Positions 1 to 13,183 of a stretch of DNA of 64,000 nt are shown here, piece after piece (position 1 is the first letter of the stretch; every line of letters begins with the position of its first letter). The stretch lies in contig AP026164.1 of NCBI GenBank assembly GCA_030295235.1, positions 186,001-250,000 on the forward strand, in the 5' to 3' direction. A program made the position numbers and the translations under genes. The DNA comes from Fistulifera solaris (taxonomy: Eukaryota). The notes under the pieces were generated by a model. That model had not been told where the DNA came from and searched no databases. It worked only from the letters and a program-made list of their open reading frames with translations.

Positions 1-895
1 CACCAAACCCCACTCGAATCAGTCGCGTGACAGTCACTGTTTACAAATGGGAGAGAGTGAAGCGAATGGAAACGGATGAGATAAAATGTTGAGAAACAGA
101 AACAACGAAAATCGATCCCAACGTACATCCAAATTGTTCCAAAACCTTTCGCACTTGACGATTCTTTCCTTCCGAACAAGTAATCTCTAACCACGTATTC
201 GCACTTTTTTCGTTTCGTTTTCTTCCACGAAGAGGTGCTGAAGCCAGCGCGACTTTCATGGGTCGATACAAGCCGTGATATTGGAGTTGTCGTTGCAAAT
301 ACGGTATTGACACTCGTCCATGAACTCGTACACGATACGTTCGGTGCAAATTGGACATTTCCATTTCTCTCGCGTACATCCCATCGTTCGTGAGTATCAA
401 TAACCCTTCTGTCATCATATCAAGTCGTCCGACGGCTTTGAAATGTTGTTTCGAACCCAACAATCGCTTCAATCGATGCATGACACAAGGACGACCCTGT
501 GGATCCGAGTCGGCTACGAGTTCTCCGGCCATTTTGTGTACTAGTATCACGCGCGTGTTGTTGTTTGTCGTGTTGTTGTTGTCTCGCAGCAACACAGGTT
601 TTCCGTGTGCTTGTAATTGACCCGGGGCGATTTCTTCGGTGATCAGCTGTTGCGGCAAGCGCACGACTTGTCCGAACAATGTCACGTCGCCTTGTACAAT
701 CCATCTTTCGGCTTCACGGCGACTAACACCGGCGGCTTTTGACAACAGTTTGGAAAGTCGGATCGGCTCGGTTCGTTCGCTCGATGCACAGCGTATCATG
801 GAAGGGCATCGTGTGAGAGGAGAAGAGATGATTCGTTTATTTGATTTGTTTGGTTGAGAAAGTAAAGTCCGCGTCAACTGAGACAACCAATTCAT
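1..895 (-). CDS. RNA pseudouridine synthase, RsuA/RluB family with S4 domain (3' end runs off window; intron 37..126)
   Basis: S4-like RLSKLLSKAAGVSRREAE; catalytic VGRLD motif; EGKNRQVRK. A GT..AG intron at 126-37 splices to LTVTRLIRVGFG, the typical C-terminal motif. Start taken at MNWLSQ. Confidence 0.9.
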
Positions 896-1014
896 TTTCA
901 CATACAAGTAAGGAAAAGAATAGATGGATCGTAACAAAGGCAAAGTATGTTTAAGCGACGAACGTCGTCCTTTGTATTGTCAACCGACGAATACCTGGTA
1001 TCAATTCGCTTCGA

Positions 1015-1095
1015 AAAATGTGGGCATGTGCTTTTTTCACGTGTCCAGAAAATGTGGGCATGTGCTTTTTTCACGTCTCCAGAAAATGTGGGTAT
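1015..1095. repeat. 34-bp tandem repeat, about 2.4 copies, in a divergent promoter region
   Basis: Unit AAAATGTGGGCATGTGCTTTTTTCACGT(G/C)TCCAG starts at 1015, 1049 and 1083 (partial). Confidence 0.9.
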
Positions 1096-1208
1096 GCTGT
1101 GTTTTTGCGTGGACATCATTGTGGTAAAAAGCATAGCCACAACATTATATATAATTAACATCATCGTTTAGATTCATCTAGTCATCATCAAGATTGTATC
1201 ATTATGGC

Positions 1209-3117
1209 ATGTCAATGAGTGGATCATTCGACCGTTTTGCGGTACCTTTCTCCAAGGGAAAGGAAGAAAATGCCCTCGAGTGTCTTCTATCGGCCATGGC
1301 GGCGCATCGAATTACTCAACAATCCTCATTTCTTTATCAAGAAGAACTACTGATACATGAAATACAATCATCACTTGTTGATTTTACTATTACTTCAAAA
1401 GACTGTTTGCTCGATATGGAACTAATGACTGCCTTACAACACGCCGGTCAACACATTCTACCTTCCTTGACTCCATTCCAATTACATGCCACCGTTCAAC
1501 AAGCCATCGTTTGGGGAGAGTCGAGCGATAATTCTTCAAAAGATAAAGATGGTGGTACCGCGACAGTTTTTACTCTCATTAGTTTGATACTTTTCTGCCA
1601 TGCTCTTCAACAATGTCCCGAAACGATTGTCAAACGACGAGAACGATGGAGGAGTCTGCTGTGGGAGACACTCCATCTGTTTCAATTTCATTCCGGACGC
1701 CAGTCATCTCAAGGAGATCGATCGGTATTTCTGTTTCTGTATCTGTGGATCGATGTTCTCGCGCCGGTGTTGACGCGTGTTTACGATGCATTGGAGAACG
1801 GTATCGATCAAGCGAACTCAGATAATCAGCGAGAAGTACGATTTCGCGTCGCTTGGGTGGCTGCAATGGTTGCCACCACTTCTCACTTGTTATATCAATT
1901 CACTACGCGGCATATCTACCAAAATCAGGACACCGATCCGAATATTGCGACTATTACAGAAAAATTGCTCAATTTGATGCGAGAACACGTGATAGTGAAG
2001 ACGGCAACGTCACTGGAATCTTTGCTGTGCTTTCATCCTTGGAGAAGAAATATTTCTTCGCGGAAAATTTTAACTTGCACAGGACCGTCATTTGAGGCGC
2101 TCCTTGCTGTGTATACGGTCCTTAAAAACGACGATGGTAAGGATGACGATGATGGTGTTGTCGAACGAAATGTAGTTACAAAAGTGCGAGAAGAAATGTG
2201 TTTCGTGGATAGCGAATGGAACCGCACCGGGATAGCGCTGCTGATTGCGTCTTATTGGTGCATGAAGCCGCAAGTTTGGAGTCGGAAATATCAGTGGCGA
2301 CTCTTTTTTTTCTCATGTTGCGTCACTCCTGTTGGTGCACAATAATGGACAGATGGAACAAAATAGCGAGGGCACTCCTAGTGGGCGGATAGCTTACAAA
2401 GACCAGGTTCAACAACTCGGTTTTGAGTTGTTGATTTCTCTGATTCACACTGCAACGAGAGCCTCTTTGAAAATGTCAAATACAGCCTTTGACAAGCCCG
2501 TTTCGCCTCTAGGATTGTTTCAATTGTTGTCGAATCGAGTAGTTGCGAGCAGCCTGTCGAAAGCATCAGATAAATTGCCATCTGCGGGACAAACGTACCA
2601 GCTCATGAAAAATCTTTTGTCGGTTTATACACCTCAGACGCAATATCAACTTGTCAAACATTTGGTGCAGACATGTCCACATCCAGGAATGAAACCGAAG
2701 TTACTCGATCTTTGGCGAGGCTTTATTTCATGGAAAGACCCATGGGCTGTTCAGTCGGTTCTTTCGCATCTGCAACATCAGTATATTGAACGCCTCGCGC
2801 GTGACTATGTGGATCATTCCCATTCGAAACAGGTAATCACCGATGTCGAAGATCTGATTTCCTCTGCTGAGTTGCATGTGGCTGCGTTGGGCTTGATTCT
2901 GATTTGGTTGAAAATGAGACATTTAGAGAAACCTGCCACTTTACTTTCTTCTTTATCGTCACTGGTTCAGATAAAGGGTTTTCTCGAAGCCACCTTTGAA
3001 AGCTGGACACTAGAGACTCCCAGACAACGACAAGACCCTCCTACAGAAAGCTTTCGGCTCTATTTACTCCACGACACCGTTTGCTTAGCTATCGAGTTGC
3101 TATCAACGAACAATTGA
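1209..3117 (+). CDS. Alpha-helical protein with C-terminal YAP-binding/ALF4/glomulin-like region; one frameshift near 2304-2311
   Basis: ORFs 1194-2345 and 2332-3117 overlap at a T-run. YQLVKHLVQTCPHPGMKPKLLDLWR resembles the conserved CP-P-LK-LLD segment of Ybp1/ALF4/glomulin. Confidence 0.55.
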
Positions 3118-3161
3118 AATCTTGTTGTACAAATAACTACTTCTCCGTATAAACTACTTAT

Positions 3162-4604
3162 TTAGACTTCCATCTTTTCTTTCGAATGAGACGCAACGAT
3201 AGATGATGCCATCGATTGTTCTAGGGAACGTTGATCCAGAGAATAGTGGTTGAGCTTGGACAAAGCATCTGCTAGAACAGAACCGTCGGATGAAGATGTT
3301 CCTGTCGAAAACCCTGAAGAAGATGCCGATGACGAAGCTAAAGACACATCCGACGACGGAGAGTGGTTCAGAGATGATGCGACCGAAGGGGAAATTGCTG
3401 TCTCAACCGTCACGGCACGTGCAACGCGATTCTCTTCTGTAGCAAAAAAGCCTGACATCGGACTTGACTCTACGCGCTGATCTGTTGTGACCACACGGAT
3501 TGTTTTCATCCACTCGGTTACTGCGGAAGCAGCGTTCGCCTTGCTATCGATAAAAGAAGAACTCATGTCGACATTGAATAAATCCACGCTATCGTCGCTT
3601 TTATCTTCGAATACGAATTCGTCCACGGAATCATTTTCGTCATCTGCTTTAATAAATGCAGCAGCCGATTTGGTGATGTTCCGACGTATATGTGACAGAG
3701 TGCGTTGGGGCTGAGACCATTTCGTCTTGTAGTTCTCCGATAAGAAACGCCGATACGGGGAAAGACAGTGCTCGGAGGCAGCGGTAGAAAATGGTGACCC
3801 AGAAATACTAGAAATCCGCCCAATTGACTCTAGATGACTCCCATTCTCCAAAGTGTTGGCCCCGGGGTTCCTAGCATTCGTGGAAGCTATAGACGCGTCG
3901 CGATGATGCCGATTGAACAGGACTAAACGTTGATTCTCAATGTATCCCCGGTCCTTATGATGTTGGATCAGCATGTAGACTATTCCCAGCAAAATTGTAC
4001 CACTGGTGCACATTAAGATGATGTCGAGCGTTGAAATGAGTGGAACCGACAGCGTATCGGATTCATTCTGATCAAGCGTATTGTTGGTATTAGAAGCCAC
4101 TGGGCGAACCAGCACAGTCGAGGCCGAGCCCAAGACGGGATCGGAGCTGATGAGGAACAAAAAGTGCCCAAGAGATCCATGTTGAGCCAAACTGGACTCC
4201 AAAAGTTGGCCTAGTTGTCCTTGCAGCTGATCGTCTGTACGGTTCAAGAAGGTAACACCGGTGATGACAAACTGTACACGAGTCGACCCGGATTCGGAAT
4301 TATTCGCTGAATTCAATTCAAGGTGTATAATGTCTTGTATCACAACCTCGTTGTCATAAAAGTCTTGTGTTCCCTCTTTTGATTGTTGCAACGTCAAAGT
4401 GTTGACAATGGCATCTTCTAAAGAGTGAAGAGCTTGCTTATTCATCTCACCGCGTACTGGTCGCAGAAGCATGCGATGCGGCAATGAAGAAATGAAGCGT
4501 TCTTCTGCTTGCTCACTCAGATGAAGACGAATGCTCGCAAAAGCAAGCCAGAATAGAAGAATGATGCTCATGGTGAACAAGGTTTTGTTATCCTTTCCTT
4601 CCAT
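3162..4604 (-). CDS. Hypothetical membrane protein (N-terminal signal/anchor, one internal TM helix, Ser-rich tail)
   Basis: About 480-aa ORF with hydrophobic segments IILLFWLAFASI and IILMCTSGTILLGIVYMLI. Confidence 0.7.
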   Translation of the reverse strand: MEGKDNKTLFTMSIILLFWLAFASIRLHLSEQAEERFISSLPHRMLLRPVRGEMNKQALHSLEDAIVNTLTLQQSKEGTQDFYDNEVVIQDIIHLELNSANNSESGSTRVQFVITGVTFLNRTDDQLQGQLGQLLESSLAQHGSLGHFLFLISSDPVLGSASTVLVRPVASNTNNTLDQNESDTLSVPLISTLDIILMCTSGTILLGIVYMLIQHHKDRGYIENQRLVLFNRHHRDASIASTNARNPGANTLENGSHLESIGRISSISGSPFSTAASEHCLSPYRRFLSENYKTKWSQPQRTLSHIRRNITKSAAAFIKADDENDSVDEFVFEDKSDDSVDLFNVDMSSSFIDSKANAASAVTEWMKTIRVVTTDQRVESSPMSGFFATEENRVARAVTVETAISPSVASSLNHSPSSDVSLASSSASSSGFSTGTSSSDGSVLADALSKLNHYSLDQRSLEQSMASSIVASHSKEKMEV

Positions 4605-5049
4605 TTTCTCCGCCAAAAGCGGACGAATGCTTGTCGGTCAAAATGAAAGAAGCATCATCGCATTGCTCAACACCAGTCATCCATACTCAAGCTTGAGTTC
4701 AAACATGAAGAATGGAAACACATGAATGCTATCATCGTGGAAACTCCTTCTTTTAAGGATTTTTGTGCGCTTTTGATTTTCGTCGCCATCAAGTCATCGT
4801 CCATCGTCCAGCGAATTCGAGTCACGAACGGACGAGACCTTTCTTTCTGATGTGGCGATGTGACATAGAAAGACATTCGTTTTCTTTTTGAGACAAAGGA
4901 CAGACGCCCACGATTTTTGACCCATTTAGTAAAGCGGTAAACCGTTTCATCGACCGCAACCCAACAACAACAACAACAACAACATCTTCGTTTGCAACAA
5001 ACAGAGTCTTTCTCGTTTACTTTCCATTTGCAAATAAAATCTTGAAAAG

Positions 5050-5583
5050 ATGGCGGAAACAAAAGCAAACCCAATGCGAGACATCAAAGTTGATAAGATG
5101 GTTATCAACTGCTGCGTCGGTGAATCGGGTGATCGATTGACCCGCGCCGCTCGTGTGTTGGAACAGCTCACGGGTCAGCAGCCCGTCTTCTCCAAGGCCC
5201 GTTACACCCTCCGATCTTTCGGTATCCGTCGTAACGAGAAGATCGCTGTGCATGTAACAGTCCGCGGTGAGAAGGCTCTCGAAATTTTGGAGCGTGGTCT
5301 GAAGGTCAAGGAGTACGAATTGCTCGACAAGAATTTCTCCGAGACGGGAAACTTTGGCTTTGGAATCAATGAGCACATCGATTTGGGTATCAAGTACGAT
5401 CCCACAACAGGTATTTACGGAATGGACTTCTTCGTCTGCCTGAACCGACCGGGAACTCGAGTTTCGCGACGCAAGATCCAACAAACGCGCATGGGCAAGA
5501 ATCACAAGATTACCAAGCAAGATGCCATCAAATGGTTCCAAGACAAGTTTGAGGGTGTTGTACTTGCGAATGCCGCAGCTTAA
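5050..5583 (+). CDS. RPL11: 60S ribosomal protein L11 (uL5)
   Basis: [47 protein letters not shown] and [28 protein letters not shown] match the eukaryotic uL5 consensus. Confidence 0.99.
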   Translation: MAETKANPMRDIKVDKMVINCCVGESGDRLTRAARVLEQLTGQQPVFSKARYTLRSFGIRRNEKIAVHVTVRGEKALEILERGLKVKEYELLDKNFSETGNFGFGINEHIDLGIKYDPTTGIYGMDFFVCLNRPGTRVSRRKIQQTRMGKNHKITKQDAIKWFQDKFEGVVLANAAA

Positions 5584-5916
5584 AATACATTTATATAGTT
5601 GAATCTGCTGAGGTCATGATATGTGTGTGTTTGTAGCCGTCGTCTCTAGAGTTGCTTGTAGCCTACCTGGTAGCAATGTCTTCCATCCTCTAGTACTGAC
5701 GCTCTTAAGAGCAACTAGAGCAACAGCAACAAATTTATAAACGCAGGACAGGTTGCGAAGATGAGATGCTGAACAGGCAAGCATAAGCATCGCTTTGTTC
5801 CTTCAAACGGAAATCGGTTTATCCCTAATAATAGTCAACCGGAATCGGATTCGATATCCCTTGTGTGAAACCCAAATCCAACGTATATAGTTGTTGTGAA
5901 AACATTGATGTCGCGG

Positions 5917-6000
5917 GCTAGTTTGTTCGAGTGGTCTAAGAAGGCAGTCTTAAGATCTGTTCCTCGCATGAGGGCGTGGGTTCGAACCCCACAGCTAGCA
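5917..6000 (+). tRNA. trnL-UAA: tRNA-Leu (anticodon UAA)
   Basis: Acceptor stem GCTAGTT/AGCTAGC plus discriminator A; D-loop AGTGGTCTAAG; anticodon loop CTTAAGA; long variable arm; T-loop GGTTCGAACCC; followed by TTTT Pol III terminator. Confidence 0.95.
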
Positions 6001-7117
6001 TTTTGCTGATTGGACCCATTAGGGTTAATCTCATATGCCGAATACGGGGCATTAAGGTTTAATGCGGTGACTGAATTTTGTTTCAGTTCCGAGTAGTACT
6101 GTACAACAAAGCTGTCGCAACAATCGCATTTTTGTTGTTATTGCTCGGATAATCAGCCATGTGATGAACTTGGGTGACTTGCTCATGCGCATTAGTAGCG
6201 CAGAAAGCCTGTGTGTGTTTTGATGCGGAAAGGACGAAAGATTTGTTTTTGCTTGCTATAAAGAGGGGTGTCGACAGGGAAGGTGACTGTGGGTTCGTTG
6301 CAAGATACGCGTCGACATCCGGATTGTGCGCTCTTTAAAACTATACTTCAAACCTTGAGAATATCTGGAGCAATACAACCAGATACAAAGCTTCAGTGGC
6401 CAGTTTGATTATTTAAGTCGTGTCATATTACGGAGCTCGACCTAGAAACGACAATAAATCAGACGGCAATAATGATAACATCGGAGGCAATTTAGTTGTT
6501 AATGTCAGGATTGATGAATAAGATTGCAATAGAAACAACAGCGGAAGGCCTCTGAGCGGCAGTGCAAGGACGAAACACTGAATCGAACAAAATATAATAT
6601 GCCGTTATCGCTGCTCTGATCAGGCTGCGTCACATAGATTTATACCAGACTCGTAAATCGATCAGATCATTGACAACGATTCTTGTCGTCAACTTGGAAA
6701 ACTTCCTGCAAACAATCGACCTCTGACTCCTTTCACTGCATATTGTGTTGACTCGTCGGGACTGCTAAGGAAACGGACGACTTTATGAATTTGCTCGGAA
6801 AGGCACACACCATAAACGTCGAAAACGCTAGAAAAGTGGGAATGATCCAACAAACAAGAGATGATGAAAACGGTCCTACTCACGATTTAAAGTAGGCTCC
6901 GTAGGTGTGGCGAGCCAAGTTACTAAAGGAAGATCAGCACAATGCTAGCTTAATTTTCGAATGAAAATAATTGGACGCACGATATGGCGTTTCTCATGCC
7001 TCGGGCTCTCGTTCGCTTGTGTGTAAACCGTTCCGCGGAATCGCCGTTATAAGGCAAAGATGATCTAATATTATTAAAATTATAGCGTAGAAAGGACATT
7101 CCTATTTACTCAGTTTT

Positions 7118-8964
7118 TTACTTCTTAAATCGGTTGCGGATAAATCGAGAAACTCTTGCACGGGTGTTTGCAAAGCCACTTCCAGTCTGCTTTACCACTT
7201 TGGAACCTGTCTCTTTGACACGAGTTCCAGTTAGTTGTACGGACGCGCCAAGCTGCCGCCGGTAGCTTCCTTTGTAGCGTGCTAACTCTTCTTCTTTCTG
7301 TCGTAGCTCATTTTCAAGGCTCGCCACCTTTCCCCTCAAACTAATGATCTCATCACCTTGTTGGGCAACAATTAACCTGTAGCGTGCTTCTGATGCTGTT
7401 CTTTCTTTCTCTAACTCCTCTTTCTGCTTCGTCACGTCCCGTAGTAACGACTGAAGCTGCACACTGTTCGCTTTCGCTGCTTGCAACTCTGATTGCAGCT
7501 TCGTATTGCTGTTTCGTACTTCGTCGAGCTGCCTGTCGTACTTCTTCTTCAACGTGGTTCTCTGCTCGCGCGATTCGCGTAGAGCCCCTGCCACAACGCC
7601 GTGAGCTCTGCACGGATATTATCATATCGCTTCTTCATTTGCTCTGTTTTTAATTTCCTTATTCGTTGCTCTTCCTTGAGCTCAAATTCTAATCTCCCCT
7701 TCTCCGATTGAAAATCTAACCGTTCCTCACGTAGTTGACTCTCCACCACTCGAATCTTGGCTTGCTCTTCCGCGATCTGAGCTTCTAACTCTGCCTTCTC
7801 CTCTTCAAACTGCTTCAATTCCCGGGCCAATCGATCGGTCAGCTTCTTGACCTTAATTTGTTCTTCGAGGAGCTTGTCCTTCAAATCTGCTTCTGTTTTC
7901 TGATATAGCTTTTCTGCTTCCTTCAAATACATTTCCACCTGTTCTAAGCGTGCTTTGGTTTCGCCTATTTCATCTTGCATTTCCTTCGTCACTTCCTTAA
8001 TCGCTTGGCGTTCGCGATCCAACGCTCGCTGCGATTCTTCCAAGGCAGCACGCTGATCTTCCAACCGGGTCCTCAAGGATTCGCGTTCCTTGTTATAGGC
8101 TTCTTGCGTCTTTTTCAATTCCTTTTCCGCAGCTTCTACCAGTAATTCCTGCTGCTTCAGTTGTTGCTCAACCTTGAGTCGATCGTTCATGAATTTGTTT
8201 TTCTCGGCATCCCACTGCGATTGAATTTCGGAAAGGCGTTTCTTCTCACGATCGACCGTTTTTTGCAATTCGTCTTTTTCTTTTTGAAATTCCATCTGTT
8301 GGAACTCCAGAGTGTCTTCAACCGATAGCAATCGTTCCCGAAGCTCTTCGGCGCGGTTCTTTTCCGATTTGAGTTGATTTTGCAATGCCGGCAGCTGTCC
8401 TTGAAGAATCGAAACTTCACGCTCCAATTTCTCTTGCTGCTCGGATTGTTCGGCCAGAATCTCGTCTTTGTCTTGCAGTTGATTCAAATACTGTTCCAAT
8501 TTCTCACGTATCGTCGTCCGCTCTCGAGCCGCTTGTTGTTGTCCTTGTTGCAATGCGGCTTCTTTCGTGGCCAATTCGCGCCTCAATCGAATCAACTCGC
8601 CCTCTAATGTTTCGACTCCGGTATTGACTTTTTCCGATTCTTCCAGTAATTCTTCGTAACGAAAAGCAGGAGGCGGTGTATCCGGAGGTTTGGGGGCAAA
8701 CTTGAACAAACTAGCGAGAGGATTGTCGTTCAAAGTCTTGTCGGGTTGACCCGGCGGGGGAACGGGTGTCATACTTCCATTGATTTGCGACTCTTCCACA
8801 ACACTCGCTTCTTCTGCTTCTTCTGTCGCTAATAGAAAGGGGTTTTGGCGATGAAAGGCGCGATGGCTAGAGGAAGGTAGAAACGCTAGGCAGACACGGT
8901 TTGGGAGGATGAGGGCAAGCAATACCCATTTTATGAGCAGAAACTTGTCTTTGCGCAGCGACAT
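7118..8964 (-). CDS. Long coiled-coil protein with bipartite plastid-targeting leader; frameshift near 7586-7590
   Basis: Leader ...LLALILPNRVCLA-FLPSS; E/K/Q/R-rich heptads. ORFs 7549-8964 and 7118-7594 join at a G-run (WQG-ALRESRE). Confidence 0.75.
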
Positions 8965-9439
8965 TTCTTCGTTTCGTTGTTAGTTATGGTCTTGGGCTAT
9001 CAGATTGTGTATTTGGTTTCATAAAATAATGAATAGTGGCGTCCTTAACGGAATGCTTTTGAAATGCGACGAAGGAGCGCGTACCAGGTATCATCATCAT
9101 GTTGAACGTTTGCGTCGCGTGACTGATTCATAGTTGGTTGGAGGTTGAATCGCGAGTGAGTTGCAGTCGCGTCCAAGCGGGACCCACTCAATTATTTCTG
9201 TCCATCCGCGACCCGATCGACCCCATTGAAGACACATACACCAAAGAATTTTTTGTAAGAGCAAGTTTGGCTTCATCGATCCGAAAATCCATTTTCCGAG
9301 TTGCTGCAACCTGCAACAACCATAATAATCACGATATTGTTGAAGCGAATTCGCCTCCTTCTGTTAACAACTTTGAAAGAAGAACCTCAACGTGTAATTG
9401 GAAATAGAATTGCCTTTTCTTGTCCGCTCAACATCAACC

Positions 9440-11051
9440 ATGAAACAATCACTGCTGCGCGGCTCAGCGCTGCTTCTACTACTGCAACAAGTCGCTTGCT
9501 TTACTGCATTCCCGACGCCATCTCGATTCGTCACTTCTCAATCACTCGCTATCGCCGCTCCCTCATCCTTTCGAAACGGAACGCAATCCAGCGACGATGT
9601 ACGTTCGATGCAGATTACTAACTTTCAAGAAATGAACCGATGGGCGGATGCGATTGAATCGGCTCCAACAGCACAACTTGCCGTTCAAGCTGCCACCTTT
9701 GTCGAACAGATACAGCAACAAGAGAGTGATGTTATCTCTTTCAATACTGCACTGAAAGGATGGGCGCGATGTGGACAGCGTCTCACGGAATTGCGTCACC
9801 ATCACATGGCGCCGCGCGGAGATGCCGGACACACGGTCAACTGGGACCTTTTGGAAACCAAAGGGATTCACGACAAATTCGCCATTTATACGCCGCGTGA
9901 TGCGGTCGAACATGCCAGTGCCTTACTGGAGAGTCATGCGGACAAAGTTCCGGCAAATGCACAATCGTACAATATTGTCATGGATGCCTGGTCCAAACTC
10001 AAGAACACACCGGATGCCGTTGATAAAATTCACAAATTGTTGAAAAGACACCGGAACCGGATGTTTTCGCCTACAACTCATTGATCGAAGCGTATTCGAG
10101 CTCGTCGACGGAAGAAGGCCTGGAAAAAGCCGTCAACGTTTTCAACAAATTGCCCATGGAACCGAATTCACACACTTACAATTCGGTATTGCACGCATAC
10201 AGCAAACGAGCTTCCATCGACTATCTCCAAGCCAAAGAATGTGCTCTCGCAGCAGAAAAGCTATTGAGTGAAGCGGCGAAGAGTCAGAAAGCCGACGTCA
10301 TGTCGTATACGTCGGTCATGGAATGTTGGTCTCGTGTCAACGACGGTGCGAGTCATGCCGAAGCCATTTTGGAACGCTTCAAGGCGACTGTCAAGCCGAG
10401 CGTTTATACTTACAATGTCTTAATGCAAGCCTATAGGCGACCGAATAATGTCAAGAAAGCTAAAGCATTAATCGAGCAGTTGCTCGCGGCTGTGGAAAAG
10501 CCGATGAAATCACAAGACGTCAAGGCCAACGCTATTGTATGCACCACGTACTTGTCTGTTTTAAAAAACTCCCGGACGGACTCACAAGCTGTTGATGCGT
10601 TACGACTGATTCAACGCATGAATGAGCTGTCTGTCTCGCACCCAGCCATCACACCCTCGTTGGTCACCTACAATGCTGCCCTTGAGGTCTGTGCCCAGGT
10701 TCCGGAATCAAAAGGCACGTCACAGCTGGTGGCTTTAAAGATATCGTTTGCTTTACTAAAGAGTTTGGAGCAGCACAAGGTATTAAAACCAAATAATATC
10801 ACGTACAACACATTGTTGAGGGCCATTTCGAGTCTTTTACCAATGGGGAGTCAGGAGAGGGATCAAGTTTCGAAGGCTCTTTTGAAAAGGCCAAGGCAGC
10901 CGGACAGGTCGATACTTACACTTTGAAAAATTTGCAGAGAGCTGCATCAGTTGCGTTATATGCAGACGTAGTGGCAGAAATGGAAGGAGGAACGCACTTT
11001 TCCGCGGATAGTCCAATTCCAGCGAGCTGGTCTCGAAATGTTCGATTATAA
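9440..11051 (+). CDS. Pentatricopeptide repeat (PPR) protein, probably plastid-targeted; frameshifts near 10050 and 10885
   Basis: Leader MKQSLL...VACFTAFP. PPR motifs DVISFNTALKGWAR, NAQSYNIVMDAWSK, PNSHTYNSVLHAYSK, PSVYTYNVLMQAY, PNNITYNTLLRA. C-terminal PASWSRNVRL* in a shifted frame. Confidence 0.88.
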
Positions 11052-12334
11052 AGTTATTAACGTTAGTAAGCAGATGCCTTATTAGGGGTTGTTTCTCTTA
11101 ATCGAAAACGCACAAAATGGCGATTCGTGCTGAAGTTAAATATAGAATGGTACTTTTCACAAGCTCTAGTTGCTGAAGAAGTGATACTATTAGCTTGATT
11201 ATTTTCTACAAAATAATTCATGGTGCCCTTTGGTCATCGAGACAGACAGTATGCTGCCTCTTTTTGTTACTCAAGCCAAAAGACTAGCAAAGGATCGGCA
11301 GTGTTCATTCAGAGTCATGTCGAACAGGTCGAAACGTGAAATGTTTCATCAGCGATCTTCTTCTCCGTTCCACGAGAGCAGGACTATTGAGGCGTTCAGT
11401 ATACACTGCAATGGGATACGCAACTTTACCAGCTATATTTTCTGGGAATTTAGTTGCAGTAAAGGTTCGTTCGGAGTTGCAAACGTTCCGTGCTTCAAGG
11501 CTGATGCAGGTGCAACCAAAGAATTCGGCAAGCCATTCCATATAATTTGCCCTCTGCCGGGTTTTTGTTTTCTTGATAATCTTCTTGAATAGTTGATGGC
11601 TCTCCTCCAACAAAGGGAGACGTCCCCAAACAGATTCGGCGCTGGGCGATCACATCGAGATCATCGTCACTAGCATTAAAGAATGCTCTTGCAATTTCTT
11701 CATTTTTCCGGCCATTACCCTCAACAATGGAGTATAACACAGGGGCTGACAAATGACAATATGTGCTTTCCAGTGGGGGCATGATTCCGACAAGCAACCA
11801 GGCCAATGTGGTGGAAAATTGTGATTTTTCGATCTGGAACGAGCTTCACATCAGATAGATTGCAACGAGCGAATGCAACGGCATCGAGCGATTAGGTTGT
11901 TCCACTCTCAATTCTCCATCCACTACTACGTATTTTCAAAATGCGGTTTTTATTTAGTCGCCGATTCGTAAATAGACATTCCATCTTAAGTAACTTTAGA
12001 TTACTTAAGACAGGGCACAAAATTATTTAGCACGAGTGTGACCAACTTTGCGCTAACTTGTACAGAACTGTAAGGTTACCTGGTAGGGTTTTACTCGAAA
12101 ATCTAAGCCAACCCAATTGTTGATGATTGATGATTGGTGATCCTCCGGTTTGATCATTATTTCTTGATAATCGAGCTTATTTGATATATAAACTGCTCTC
12201 CAATACTTATTACTCTACACATCGACCAGTTATCTACAACAATTATCATCACTCTCATCTAAAAGAAATTAATTAAGGATTTAAATACGACCCGACACAT
12301 ACATCGTCCTCTGTGATTCACGCAGAAAGATAGA

Positions 12335-13183
12335 TTACAAAGCTGTCGTTTGATGTTGATTTGTCGTGTGCTTCTTGCTCTTCTTTTTCTTGCTTGCTTC
12401 TACCTCAGCATGGGCGGCAAGAAGCTCACGTCGGGCTTCATCTTGAATTTCACGCTCGTGGTGTAATCGTTCCATGAGCTCCGTGCGAATGCGGTGCATT
12501 TCCTCTACTCTAGCCATGGCGTCGGCTTCGGTAATGAATTTTCCATTCCGATCCATGAATTCCTTGAAACCCATTACGGAAAGCAACAATGTAATAGTGG
12601 CAAACTGTCCGTAAACACGCGTATGCATGAGCTTGCTGCTAAGTTCCAAATGCTCTTTGCCACTGCGGCCATAAAAGATACTAGCCACCGCGGGGATCGC
12701 GAAGCCGGCCAGCACTTTGATAGGGTTCTCTGCTGCATAGTTAGCTGCACGGTGGTATGTGTTAAGCTCATGTCCAGGTACAATCCTGACGCCCGATTGG
12801 GAGATCGACTGCTGGTACAATTCGTTTAGATGGACGTTCGCGTTAAACTCTTCTTTGAGCTCGGCCGCCTTGGTAGCACGATGTTGCAGTTGTCTCTCGG
12901 CCCAAAGCACCGTATCCGCCGAGTGGCGATTCTCGTTGGCGATTTCCTTCATGCGGTTGCTCAGCTTGTGCTCCGACGTAAATCCGAACATGAAGAGAGC
13001 CGGCATGATGATCAAAGCTGTTCGACTTTGTACATTGGTTCGAGCCCGGAAGGCAGGATACTGTAAAGCAGCAAAGACTGCTGCCGACGAAGGAATGAGT
13101 GTGATGGCTCCGTTCACCAGTCCTTCGTAGGTCGCATCCCAGGCGACATCGTGACGGCGTTCATTCGGTGTAAGAGACGACAT
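12335..13183 (-). CDS. HIG1 (hypoxia-induced)-domain protein, Rcf2-like mitochondrial membrane protein
   Basis: ENPIKVLAG...SSKLMHTRVYGQFATITLL matches the HIG1 motif; an N-terminal TM hairpin is also present. Confidence 0.8.
   Translation of the reverse strand: MSSLTPNERRHDVAWDATYEGLVNGAITLIPSSAAVFAALQYPAFRARTNVQSRTALIIMPALFMFGFTSEHKLSNRMKEIANENRHSADTVLWAERQLQHRATKAAELKEEFNANVHLNELYQQSISQSGVRIVPGHELNTYHRAANYAAENPIKVLAGFAIPAVASIFYGRSGKEHLELSSKLMHTRVYGQFATITLLLSVMGFKEFMDRNGKFITEADAMARVEEMHRIRTELMERLHHEREIQDEARRELLAAHAEVEASKKKKSKKHTTNQHQTTAL

Noticed and set aside
1015..1095. 34-bp repeat as a CRISPR array
   Set aside because: Units are head-to-tail with no spacers, there are no cas genes, and the context is eukaryotic.
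5017..5541. 174-aa antisense ORF over RPL11, and similar shadow ORFs over BCAT, MFS and others
   Set aside because: Expected antisense shadows of codon-biased genes, with no independent motifs.
6050..6900. Possible ncRNA or gene remnant downstream of tRNA-Leu
   Set aside because: No convincing structure or protein motif.
11230..11900. Possible decayed gene (short overlapping minus-strand ORFs)
   Set aside because: Looks coding-like but has no recognisable motif.
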